Shown piece after piece: positions 15,978 to 25,267 of a DNA stretch of 64,000 nucleotides (the first letter of the stretch is position 1; each line of letters begins with the position of its first letter). The position numbers and the translations under genes were made by a program. This DNA comes from Candidatus Staskawiczbacteria bacterium (GTDB taxonomy: Bacteria; Patescibacteriota; Minisyncoccia; Minisyncoccales; Staskawiczbacteraceae). The stretch spans positions 8,819 to 72,818 of the forward strand of contig CAIMWV010000027.1 of NCBI GenBank assembly GCA_903845295.1. Reading direction: 5' to 3'. The notes under the pieces are model-generated. The model made no database searches. It was not told the origin of the DNA and saw nothing but the letters and a program-made list of their open reading frames with translations.

Positions 15978-18458
15978 ATGTCAATAATTATTCCGGGCTT
16001 AATTTTAGTTTTTTTATTGATTGTTATGGCATTCATCATGGTTTTAAATGCCGAGACAAATGAAAAAAACTCCGTTTTCGGCGGATTGGAGATGGTTTTG
16101 TTTTTAGTGATGATGCCAAAAAATGCTCCCAAAAAAGAAGGTGAAGCGCAGAAAGAAGAAAAGATGATGATAGCACAGATGGAGCAAGTTTTTGCCAATT
16201 TTTTATTTTTAAAAAAACCCAGGCCATTTCAAGCTCCGCCCTGCTGTACATTTGAAATTGCTTCTCAAATTGGAAGTTCTGACATCTCTTTTTATGTGGC
16301 GGTTCCAAAATATTTAGATTCTGTTTTTGAAAAATATGTGCAGGGCGTTTATCCTAGCGCGGTGGTTGACAAAGTCCCTCAGGATTATACGATTTTTGAA
16401 CCGCAGGGAGCAACCGCTGGGGCATATCTGCAGCTTTCTGAAAGTTCTCTTTTTCCTATAAGCACATACCAGTTATTAGAAACGGATCCTTTGGCTTCAG
16501 TAACAAATAATTTAAGCAAAATTTCAGCAAACGAAGGCGGGGCAGTGCAGGTATTGATAAGGCCCTTATCAAAATTGAATTTAAGAAAAAAAGGAGAAAA
16601 AGCTTTAAAAAAAATAAGGGAAGGAAAACCTGTCAGGGATGCTGTAATCCAGGCATACCAGGGGCCCATAATGGAGGAATTTGAAAATATGTGGAAAGCG
16701 TTATTTGGTAAGGATTTAAAGAAAAAAGAGGAAGAGTTGGGCCTAAGGGACAAAGAACAGTCTTTTGACCAAAAAGGATATGACGCAATTCAAAGCAAAA
16801 TTCAAAAACAGCCGTTTGAGGTTAACATCCGGGTTGTGGCATCCGCAGAATCGGAAGGCCGCGCGGAAGAAATTTTAAATCATCTGACTTCAGCTTTCAG
16901 CCAATTTTCATTGTCTGCAACAAACAGTTTAGAGGTTAAAGAAGTTTATAAAAAAGAATTGCAAAAATTAGCTTATGATTTCAGTTTCAGAAATTTCAAT
17001 GCAAAGCAGTCAAATATCCTGAACTTGGAGGAATTGGCAAGCATTTATCATTTTCCAACACATTATATTGAAACTCCGTATATTAAAGCTGCAAAGTCAA
17101 TAACAGCCGCTCCGCCATCGGATTTGCCGGAAAAAGGTGTGCTTACAATCGGAAAAGTCAGTTATAGAAATGAAGAAAGAAAAGTTTGTTTTGCCACACC
17201 CACGGACAGACGCAGGCATTTCTATTACATTGGCCAGACCGGTACCGGAAAATCATGGTTTATGAAGAGCATGATAATACAGGACATCATAAACGGCGAA
17301 GGCGTTGCGGTTATTGACCCCCATGGAGAACTTATTGAGGATGTTTTGGCTTTTATCCCAAAAGAAAGGATTGATGACGTAGTCATTTTTGAACCCTTTG
17401 ACATTGAAAGGCCATGTGGTTTGAATATGTTGGAGTATGACAGCCCGGAACAAAAAGATTTTGCGGTCCAGGAAATGATTGCGATTTTTATGAAACTTTT
17501 TCCGCCGGAAATCATCGGTCCGATGTTTGAGCACTATATGAGAAACGCGATGCTGGCTCTGATGGCAGACAAGGATAATCCGGGAACTTTGGTTGAAATT
17601 CCCAAAATGTTTACCGACCCGACTTTCTTGCAGCAGAGAATGGCAAAGGTTTCTGATCCTGTTGTAAGGTCTTTCTGGACAAAAGAATGGGGGCAGACAA
17701 CCGGTTCTACAAGGTCTGACATGTTGGGATACGTGGTTTCAAAGCTGGGCAGATTCATTGAAAATGAAATGATGCGAAATATTATAGGCCAGTCTCATTC
17801 CGGATTCAATCTGGCGGATATAATGGACGGCAAAAAAATCTTTTTAGCAAACCTGTCTAAAGGTTTGACGGGGGAGGTAAACAGTTCTTTGCTTGGTTTG
17901 ATTTTGGTTTCCAAAATGCAAATGGCCGCCATGAGAAGGGCAAAGATAGCAGAAGCTGACAGGAAAGACTTTTTCCTTTATATCGACGAGTTCCAGAATT
18001 TTACAACAGATTCAATCGCTTCCATCTTGTCTGAAGCCAGAAAATATAAATTGAGCCTGATAATGGCGCACCAGTATATGCCGCAGTTAAAACAGGAAAT
18101 AAGAGATGCGGTTTTGGGAAACGTCGGTACAATCGGCGCATTCAGGATCGGGGCTGAAGATGCCGAAAACCTGGAAAAACAGTTTGAGCCCGGATTTTCA
18201 AGATTTGACCTGGTAAATTTGGACAACTTCACGCTCATAATAAAAATGATGATAAACAATAAAATTTCCACGCCATTTAAAATGCAGACGCTTCCTCCGC
18301 CCAAAGGAAGGCCGGAAATAGTAGAAGCAATCAAAAAAATATCTAAGCTGAAATATTCGCGTCCAAAGGATATTGTTGAACAGGAAATTATGCAACGTTC
18401 GTTTGTTGAAGTTCCGCCGGCCGCGCCGGCCCAGCCGATTATTCCTCCCAAAAAATAA
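15978..18458 (+). CDS. membrane-anchored VirD4/TraG/TraD-like (HerA/FtsK-type) ATPase
   Basis: N-terminal TM segments; Walker A GQTGTGKS; Walker B FFLYIDEFQNF; MAHQY block typical of coupling proteins. Confidence 0.7.
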   Translation: MSIIIPGLILVFLLIVMAFIMVLNAETNEKNSVFGGLEMVLFLVMMPKNAPKKEGEAQKEEKMMIAQMEQVFANFLFLKKPRPFQAPPCCTFEIASQIGSSDISFYVAVPKYLDSVFEKYVQGVYPSAVVDKVPQDYTIFEPQGATAGAYLQLSESSLFPISTYQLLETDPLASVTNNLSKISANEGGAVQVLIRPLSKLNLRKKGEKALKKIREGKPVRDAVIQAYQGPIMEEFENMWKALFGKDLKKKEEELGLRDKEQSFDQKGYDAIQSKIQKQPFEVNIRVVASAESEGRAEEILNHLTSAFSQFSLSATNSLEVKEVYKKELQKLAYDFSFRNFNAKQSNILNLEELASIYHFPTHYIETPYIKAAKSITAAPPSDLPEKGVLTIGKVSYRNEERKVCFATPTDRRRHFYYIGQTGTGKSWFMKSMIIQDIINGEGVAVIDPHGELIEDVLAFIPKERIDDVVIFEPFDIERPCGLNMLEYDSPEQKDFAVQEMIAIFMKLFPPEIIGPMFEHYMRNAMLALMADKDNPGTLVEIPKMFTDPTFLQQRMAKVSDPVVRSFWTKEWGQTTGSTRSDMLGYVVSKLGRFIENEMMRNIIGQSHSGFNLADIMDGKKIFLANLSKGLTGEVNSSLLGLILVSKMQMAAMRRAKIAEADRKDFFLYIDEFQNFTTDSIASILSEARKYKLSLIMAHQYMPQLKQEIRDAVLGNVGTIGAFRIGAEDAENLEKQFEPGFSRFDLVNLDNFTLIIKMMINNKISTPFKMQTLPPPKGRPEIVEAIKKISKLKYSRPKDIVEQEIMQRSFVEVPPAAPAQPIIPPKK

Positions 18459-18474
18459 TTAACAGTTTTTTAAA

Positions 18475-19509
18475 ATGCCAAAATCAAGAGATTCACTTCC
18501 GGACGTCGAAAATTTTTCTTCGGAAGAGCAACCGAAAAAAGTTGAACGTCGCGGCAGGCCGAGAAAAAATACTGTGGAGTCGGAACCAGCTCCTGTCGCA
18601 ATAAATCCGGAATTGATTAAACGACAGCAAGCAAAAGACGCCGCGGAGCTTGCCGAAGCAAGAGAAGAATTAGAAAATCCGGAATTTTTTGCTGCGCTCA
18701 AAGAAATGGGTGAAGAAGTGAAGCGGGACAGATGTTGTTATGCCATACAGACAAAAATAAAACCGGGAGATAAATTTATGGGGGTGACTGAAGATGCGTC
18801 AGGAGGGGAAGGCAATGCTATTTATCGGGGCTATAGGGGCGGTTCTTCTAAAATGTCTGAAAACTTTTTTAGGGGCAGCGATCCTAGTCCATTAATGGAT
18901 TTTTATCTTGACAGTCAAATTAGATATGGCAAAGAAAGAACAAATATTGCTATTGTCCCGCTTATAGAAGAACGCTTTGCTGTGGATCATTATGAAAAGA
19001 AAACTGAAACAAAAATAGAAGAAAAACCATTTTTATTTTTTTTCAAGAAAAAAGTTGAAACTAAAAAAGAAATAAGTGTCCCGGTGAAAAAACGGCAACG
19101 AACAAGAAAAAAAATGAAAGATGTCGGGGGCCAGGGAGAAGACGAGGTGGTGGGATTGAATTTTTCATATGATTGTCCGGAATATGTAAGAGAAAAAGGT
19201 GGCTCAATACGTAAAGGGAGAGAGGGTACAACATTCGTGACCATTTTAATGAGCAAGGAATTGGCTGAGAAAATGGTAAATGGTGTAAAAGAAAACCCGG
19301 AAAATTTTTGGAAAATATTAAATGCAATGAATCCTGATTTGCTCAAAAAGTCTCCTCCGCAGGAAAAGGGCAGGGGTGTGCACGTATACCAACCCGCTGG
19401 CACAGCTGGGCTAGATCAAAGTTTTGCGAGTTTAGGAATTAACCGGAGTTTAATCGAATTTGAACCAGATAAAGACGTTCCATTAGTGCCATGGAAAGAA
19501 AAAGAATAA
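18475..19509 (+). CDS. hypothetical protein
   Basis: 344-aa track ORF immediately downstream of the ATPase; charged N-terminus; no motif recognised. Confidence 0.45.
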   Translation: MPKSRDSLPDVENFSSEEQPKKVERRGRPRKNTVESEPAPVAINPELIKRQQAKDAAELAEAREELENPEFFAALKEMGEEVKRDRCCYAIQTKIKPGDKFMGVTEDASGGEGNAIYRGYRGGSSKMSENFFRGSDPSPLMDFYLDSQIRYGKERTNIAIVPLIEERFAVDHYEKKTETKIEEKPFLFFFKKKVETKKEISVPVKKRQRTRKKMKDVGGQGEDEVVGLNFSYDCPEYVREKGGSIRKGREGTTFVTILMSKELAEKMVNGVKENPENFWKILNAMNPDLLKKSPPQEKGRGVHVYQPAGTAGLDQSFASLGINRSLIEFEPDKDVPLVPWKEKE

Positions 19510-19520
19510 TTTTTTAAACA

Positions 19521-19556
19521 AAAAGCGTATCGAATGATGGAAATGATACGCTTTTT
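19521..19556. terminator. bidirectional intrinsic terminator
   Basis: aaaagcgtatc-N13-gatacgctttt between convergent genes. Confidence 0.65.
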
Positions 19557-19571
19557 AGTTTGAAATTTAAA

Positions 19572-20132
19572 TTATACCCGTTTTACATATTCGCCGAGTT
19601 CCGTGTTCACTTCAATCACATCTCCTTCTTCAATAAACAGCGGGACCTGTATAACTGCTCCTGATTCTAATACCGCCTCTTTAGTTCCTGCCTGAGCGCG
19701 GTCGCCTTTGATTCCTGCGGCTGCTTCTTTAACTTTCAATTGTACTTTTATCGGCAGTTTGAAAGTAATAATTTTTTCCTCAAAAACTATTCCTGTTACC
19801 AGCTCATTCGGCCTTAAAAATTTTGCCTGAGGTCCTATTTGGGCTTCTGTAAAGAAAAATCTTTTTGCCGGTTCATTTTTTTCGCAGAAAAAATATTGTC
19901 CCTTGGTTTGGTACAAAAACTTGATTTCTTTCTTTTCTAAATCGGCCTCATCAAAAACATCCCCTTGCTGGAAATTTTTTTCCTGGACCCTGCCGTCTAT
20001 CAGATTCCTTATTTTACTCTGGATGACGGGCCTTCTTTGGGCCGTTTTCATCATACTGGCTTCCAAAACTTCCCATGGCTGGCCCTCATAAATAAATTGT
20101 ACTCCCGGGTGCAAATCTGTATGTGTTAGCAT
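19572..20132 (-). CDS. efp: elongation factor P
   Basis: 186 aa; N-terminal LHPGVQFIYEGQPWEVLE and OB-domain pattern typical of EF-P. Confidence 0.9.
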   Translation of the reverse strand: MLTHTDLHPGVQFIYEGQPWEVLEASMMKTAQRRPVIQSKIRNLIDGRVQEKNFQQGDVFDEADLEKKEIKFLYQTKGQYFFCEKNEPAKRFFFTEAQIGPQAKFLRPNELVTGIVFEEKIITFKLPIKVQLKVKEAAAGIKGDRAQAGTKEAVLESGAVIQVPLFIEEGDVIEVNTELGEYVKRV

Positions 20133-20157
20133 TTTAACTTATTATTTAATTATATGT

Positions 20158-20868
20158 CTACTGTATTACTCTCCACTCTATGGTGGATTGTTTATCGGCG
20201 AATTCCAACCACTCGCCATACTTTGAAATTACAAACCATTTCTTTTTTGTTTCCGACCAAATCATCGGATCTCCTTTATAAAATGGCTTTTTGACTATTT
20301 CTTTCGGTTTTAGCCTGTCTAATTCCAGCCATTTTTTAAAGACAGTTTCAATCGCATAATCCAATTTTCTGGTATTTGCCCATTGAGCCACCTTATCAAT
20401 GGCCTCTTTTGCTTTTTCAACAGAACCTGCCAATTCCAGCAATTGTTTTGCCGGCTTTGTAAATCGAGAATATATTATCTTCCTCTTTTTAGCATTTTCT
20501 TTCAATTCCTGCAACCCCAGTCCTTTTGATAGGAAAAAGTGCGTGATAACCTGCTGTATTGCTGTTTCTTCTTTTAACTCCTCATATTCTTTAATCTTTC
20601 CATGCTTTATAAACTCCTCAATTTTTTTTGCATTTTTATCACCTATAATTCCTTTAACTTTGAAAACTTCCCAAAGCTTTTGCCCCTCGCTTTTGCTCGG
20701 GGTAAGTGTTCGCTGTGCTCCCTTATAAATTTCCGAGACATCAGCCTGTAAAGACTCCAAATATTCAGCAGCTTTTCTGTAAGCATTTATATGAAAAGCG
20801 CTATCGCCCCTGATATTCAGCAGTTCGGCCATCTCATTGAAGATTTTAGCAATTTCTTTATTAATCAT
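20158..20868 (-). CDS. helix-hairpin-helix protein (PolX N-terminal-like domain) of unknown function
   Basis: NKEIAKIFNEMAELLNIRGDSAFHINAYRKAAEYLESL resembles the PolX 8-kDa/HhH N-terminus; the rest is unrecognised. Confidence 0.45.
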   Translation of the reverse strand: MINKEIAKIFNEMAELLNIRGDSAFHINAYRKAAEYLESLQADVSEIYKGAQRTLTPSKSEGQKLWEVFKVKGIIGDKNAKKIEEFIKHGKIKEYEELKEETAIQQVITHFFLSKGLGLQELKENAKKRKIIYSRFTKPAKQLLELAGSVEKAKEAIDKVAQWANTRKLDYAIETVFKKWLELDRLKPKEIVKKPFYKGDPMIWSETKKKWFVISKYGEWLEFADKQSTIEWRVIQ

Positions 20869-20909
20869 AACACTTTAATTTTAGGTCATTTTATGATAAT
20901 ATTCAACCA

Positions 20910-21476
20910 ATGGAAAAACGTCATCGAATTTTTATTGCTATAAACCTGCCAGAAGAAATAAAAAAAGAGTTATTTTCGTATTCTGAAAAATGGCCTGAGC
21001 TACCAGCTAAATGGACGGATAAAGATAATCTGCATATAACTTTGGAGTTTTTAGGCGCATTAACAGACGAAGAAACAGGCGAGGTTTGCGTAATAGTCAA
21101 AGATGTGGCGAAAAGGCACAGTTCTTTTTCTTTAAGTTTAAATCAAATTTTATATGGGCCTCCTAAAAAAATCCCTCCAAAAATGGTTTGGGCAGAAGGA
21201 GAAAAATCAAAGGAGCTTTCTTTGCTTAAAGAAGATTTAGAGAATTCTTTAACAGAAAAAGTCCGTTTTGTCCCGGAAAACAGGACTTTCGCGCCGCACA
21301 TTACGCTGGCCCGCATAAGCACATGGGAATGGAAGGGGATTGAACCCGATGAAAGGCCGGAAATAAATGAAAAATTTGAACTGCCATTTACAGTTGAATC
21401 AATTGAAGTTATGGAGTCAGAATTGAAGCGCGGTGGCCCGGTTTACACAGTTTTAGAATCACATAACTTGAAATAA
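20910..21476 (+). CDS. thpR: RNA 2',3'-cyclic phosphodiesterase (2'-5' RNA ligase family)
   Basis: Two HxT/S motifs: LHITLEFLG and PHITLARI. Confidence 0.85.
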   Translation: MEKRHRIFIAINLPEEIKKELFSYSEKWPELPAKWTDKDNLHITLEFLGALTDEETGEVCVIVKDVAKRHSSFSLSLNQILYGPPKKIPPKMVWAEGEKSKELSLLKEDLENSLTEKVRFVPENRTFAPHITLARISTWEWKGIEPDERPEINEKFELPFTVESIEVMESELKRGGPVYTVLESHNLK

Positions 21477-21524
21477 GCTTATAACATCGGATCAAATAAT
21501 AGGAAAAATAAAAGATAATTAATA

Positions 21525-21670
21525 TTCACCCCCACACCAAACGAGTTACGATTTTTTTCAAATTGTGTGAGAGTGAATACAACAGAAAAATAATAATTAA
21601 ATACAAACGGGGTAATAATTTTGAGAAAAAAAATCTTTGAATAATAAACTCGTTATGGTGTGGGGGTGAA
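21525..21670 (+). promoter_or_regulatory. long inverted repeat occluding murC SD/start
   Basis: ttcacccccacaccaaacgagtt (21525-21547) pairs with aactcgttatggtgtgggggtgaa (21647-21670): 23 bp with a 1-nt bulge. The right arm holds the gggggtg SD and GTG start. Confidence 0.6.
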
Positions 21671-22973
21671 AATCCATTTTATCGGCATTGGCGGAATAGG
21701 CGTTTCCGCCTTAGCCCAGTATTATTTATCAAAAGGAGACGAGGTTTCGGGCTCGGATTTGGTTGTTTCGGAAATTACTGAAATGCTGGCGGGAAAAGGA
21801 ACTAAAATAAAAATTGGCAAGCATAGCGCCAGAAATGTGCCAAACGACGCTAAAATGGTTGTTTACAGCCCAGCTGTTGAGGTATCTAACCCCGAATATA
21901 AAAAGGCTAAAACCCGCAAAATGAAGTTAAGAAGCTATCCTGAAGCATTGGGCGAGCTGACCAAAAAATATTTTACCATCGCAGTTTCAGGAGCGCATGG
22001 CAAAAGTACTACCACAGCTTTAATTTCTTTAATTCTAACCAAGGCGGGTTTAGATCCTACCGTAATTGTCGGCACAAAAATAAAGGAATTTGATAACACA
22101 AATTTCCGCTCAGGAAAAAGCAAATATCTGGTTATTGAGGCCGACGAATTTAATGCTTCATTTTTAAATTATTGGCCTAAGATCATTGTCTTGACCAATA
22201 TTGAAAGGGAACATCTGGATTTCTACAAAAATCTGGAAAATATAATGAAAACTTTCGATAAATATATTTCTCATCTGCCTGAGGATGGAGTTTTAGTTGC
22301 AAATGCTGATGATGAAAATATCATCAAATTAAAAATGCAAAAAGTTCAAAGGCCTTTTAAAATTGAAAATTATTCCTTAAAGCAGATTGAAGCGGAAGAA
22401 TTGAAGAAAATCATGCAGATTCCGGGACGTCACAATTTGGCGAATGCCTTGGCTGCCTTGGCAGTGGCCAGATTTCTTGGCATAAAGGATAAAACTTCTT
22501 TTTCAGCTCTTTCTAAATATCAAGGCGCTTGGCGGAGGTTTGATTTAAAGGAAACAGAGATTAGCGGAAAAAAAATTACCTTGGTTTCAGATTACGGCCA
22601 CCATCCAACCGAAATAAAGGTTACATTACAGGCGGCCAGAGAAAAATTCCCGCACAAAAAAATCTGGTGCGTTTTCCAACCGCACCAATTTCAGCGCACA
22701 TTTTATCTGTTTGACGAATTCGTCAAAGTTTTCCAAAATTCGCCTGTCGATATGGCAATTATTACCGACATATACAGCGTTGCCGGCAGGGAAAGCGCAA
22801 AAATAAAAAGAAAAGCGAATTCAAGAAAATTAGTTAAGGCAATTGGAAAACCGACGGTTATTTATATCAAGAAAGATAAAATCAAAAATTATTTAAAAAA
22901 TAATTTGGAGGACGGACAAGTGCTGCTTATTATGGGCGCGGGAGACATTTATGAACTTTCAAAAAATTTATAA
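21660..22973 (+). CDS. murC: UDP-N-acetylmuramate--L-alanine ligase
   Basis: IHFIGIGGIGVSALA N-terminus; GAHGKSTTTA P-loop; GTG start at 21660 or 21666. Confidence 0.9.
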   Translation: MGVKIHFIGIGGIGVSALAQYYLSKGDEVSGSDLVVSEITEMLAGKGTKIKIGKHSARNVPNDAKMVVYSPAVEVSNPEYKKAKTRKMKLRSYPEALGELTKKYFTIAVSGAHGKSTTTALISLILTKAGLDPTVIVGTKIKEFDNTNFRSGKSKYLVIEADEFNASFLNYWPKIIVLTNIEREHLDFYKNLENIMKTFDKYISHLPEDGVLVANADDENIIKLKMQKVQRPFKIENYSLKQIEAEELKKIMQIPGRHNLANALAALAVARFLGIKDKTSFSALSKYQGAWRRFDLKETEISGKKITLVSDYGHHPTEIKVTLQAAREKFPHKKIWCVFQPHQFQRTFYLFDEFVKVFQNSPVDMAIITDIYSVAGRESAKIKRKANSRKLVKAIGKPTVIYIKKDKIKNYLKNNLEDGQVLLIMGAGDIYELSKNL

Positions 22974-23035
22974 AAAAAACGCGGGCGCAGTAACGTCCGC
23001 TTCTGAAGGCGAGTTCTAATTATTTTTTTGTTATT

Positions 23036-23260
23036 TTATTTACGCATTTTGTCCACTACACTCTCGGCCACTCTTCCTAGAAGTTCAGCTTCTGCTTCTG
23101 TTATGCATGAACCATCGGAGTTTACAAAACCACTGCCATTGCAATGAGTACACTCTATTGGAGGTTTTTTCACTTTTATGCAATGGGGACAAATTCTTAC
23201 GTGTTCGCTTGCAGCCAGCACAGTTTCAATTTTTTCAAGACCCCTTGTAATGGTTTTCAT
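23036..23260 (-). CDS. small zinc-ribbon protein
   Basis: 74 aa with CPHC...CTHCNGSG Cys pairs. Confidence 0.5.
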   Translation of the reverse strand: MKTITRGLEKIETVLAASEHVRICPHCIKVKKPPIECTHCNGSGFVNSDGSCITEAEAELLGRVAESVVDKMRK

Positions 23261-23275
23261 ACTCGCACCCTTTAT
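23261..23275 (-). repeat. ATAAAGGGTGCGAGT box abutting start codon
   Basis: The reverse complement reads ataaagggtgcgagtATG; shares the 11-mer AAGGGTGCGAG with 11369-11379. Confidence 0.55.
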
Positions 23276-23421
23276 AAAAGAGTCAATGAGCTATCTATTA
23301 ATAAATAATACCACAAATATCGCTGTAATTTTATCAGTAGTTATCAACAGTTTTATTTTTTTATATAAACAGCTATAATACAATAATTCATTCCGTTAAA
23401 TACTGCCTTTAGGCATAAAAT

Positions 23422-24636
23422 ATGATAAATACAAATTCCCAAAAAATAGATGAAGTTTTAAACCGCGGGACAATAGTCGAGATTTTGCCCGGTAACGAAG
23501 AGTTCCGCACAAAATTATTAAGCGGTAAAAAGCTTAAATTTTATATTGGTTTTGACGCGACCTCGCCGACACTGCATTTAAGCCATGCTAAAAACATCAT
23601 GCTAATGGAAAAGTTCAGGCAGCTGGGACACGAAGTAATAATCCTTTTCGGAGATTTCACGGCCCGAATAGGGGATCCATCGGGAGAGAGTTCTGCCAGG
23701 AAACAATTGTCCCGCAAAGAAGTTGTAAATAACGTGAAAAAATGGAAGCAATTGATAAAGCCCCTGATGAATTTTAGTGACCACAAAAATCCTCCGAAAA
23801 TAAAATATAATAACGATTGGCTTTCAAAACTTACAATGGAAGAGGTTATAGATTTAGCCAGCCACTTTACCGTACAAAGAATGCTGGAGCGCGATATGTA
23901 CCAAAAACGGATAAAAGAAGAAAAACCAATATATCTGCATGAATTTTTATACCCTTTAATGCAAGGATATGATTCGGTGGCTATGGACGTTGACGTTGAA
24001 GTTTGCGGAACAGATCAAATTTTTAATGCTTTGGCGGGAAGGGATTTGATGAAAAAATTAAAGGGTAAAGATAAATTTGTGGTTGCTGTAACATTGATGG
24101 AAAATCCCAAAACGGGAGAGCTGATGTCAAAAAGCAAAGGTACCGGAGTGTTTTTGGATGCAAATCCCGTCCAAATGTTTGGGCAAATTATGGCTCAGCC
24201 GGATGAAATGACGGAAATTTTATTTATAAATAACACCTATTTGCCGCTGGAAGAAATCAAGGGGATAGTTGCAGGAAATCCTAGAGACGCTAAAGCCAGA
24301 TTAGCTTTTGAAATAGTTAAAATATTTTATGGAGATAAACAGGCAAAAATAGCAGGAGAAGAATTTAACAGGGTATTTCATAACAAAGAACTACCAAGCG
24401 ATATTCCATCCTTTGAAACACCAAAAAATAATTATTTTATTTTGGACTTGTTGTTTGATACAAAACTGGCTTCCTCAAAAAATGAAGCTAAAAGATTAAT
24501 CGAGGGCAGGGGAGTGGAAATAATCAATAAAGATAAAAAAGAAAGAATCTCTGATTGGAAAAAAGAAGTTACTTTGCAAGACGGGATGATAATAAAAGTC
24601 GGCAGCAGGAAATTTGTAAAAATCAAAATTAAATAA
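23422..24636 (+). CDS. tyrS: tyrosine--tRNA ligase
   Basis: HIGH-type PTLHLSHA, KMSKS-type LMSKSKG, C-terminal S4-like domain. Confidence 0.9.
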   Translation: MINTNSQKIDEVLNRGTIVEILPGNEEFRTKLLSGKKLKFYIGFDATSPTLHLSHAKNIMLMEKFRQLGHEVIILFGDFTARIGDPSGESSARKQLSRKEVVNNVKKWKQLIKPLMNFSDHKNPPKIKYNNDWLSKLTMEEVIDLASHFTVQRMLERDMYQKRIKEEKPIYLHEFLYPLMQGYDSVAMDVDVEVCGTDQIFNALAGRDLMKKLKGKDKFVVAVTLMENPKTGELMSKSKGTGVFLDANPVQMFGQIMAQPDEMTEILFINNTYLPLEEIKGIVAGNPRDAKARLAFEIVKIFYGDKQAKIAGEEFNRVFHNKELPSDIPSFETPKNNYFILDLLFDTKLASSKNEAKRLIEGRGVEIINKDKKERISDWKKEVTLQDGMIIKVGSRKFVKIKIK

Positions 24637-24638
24637 TT

Positions 24639-25256
24639 ATGAAAAAAAATACTATAATTTTAATTGTAATAATTATTATCGCCATAATCGCAATCGGCGG
24701 ATATTTTGTACACACAAAACTATCTCTGCAAAAAGTGCAAACACCCGTTGCAGATAAAACCGCTGACTGGAATACTTTAAACAACGATGAATTCGCTTTT
24801 TCTATAAAATATCCAAATGATTTTTTCGATGCCGGTCATGATCCCAAAATTTTGGTTGGTGATTGTAACTACGATGTTTTTCCGGGAAAATGCCCTAATA
24901 TTGTAAATGAGGTCGTTGAAGGTTCGCCCAGCGGATCATCCACTGAAGCTATTATAAGCAATTGGGGAAATCGGGGCGGTAAGGAAATGGCCATAAACAA
25001 TACTACTTACTGTTATTACAATATAGGAGATGCAGCAATGATGCATCAATATTATTATGATTATTATGCTACAGTAAAAAATCAAAAATGTATTGTTGTA
25101 CAGTTAGATTCCGTTTCGGTTAGTTGCGACGTTTATCTGCCGCTTGAACCCGGAAATACGGAACAAGCAAAAAATTATAATGATTGCTTGACTAAAAATG
25201 CAGAGAGACCAAAAATATTGAACGAAATAATTAATACTTTTAAATTTATAAAATAA
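24639..25256 (+). CDS. membrane-anchored hypothetical protein
   Basis: N-terminal TM IILIVIIIIAIIAIGGYFV; no motif recognised. Confidence 0.5.
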   Translation: MKKNTIILIVIIIIAIIAIGGYFVHTKLSLQKVQTPVADKTADWNTLNNDEFAFSIKYPNDFFDAGHDPKILVGDCNYDVFPGKCPNIVNEVVEGSPSGSSTEAIISNWGNRGGKEMAINNTTYCYYNIGDAAMMHQYYYDYYATVKNQKCIVVQLDSVSVSCDVYLPLEPGNTEQAKNYNDCLTKNAERPKILNEIINTFKFIK

Positions 25257-25267
25257 CAAAAAACTTT

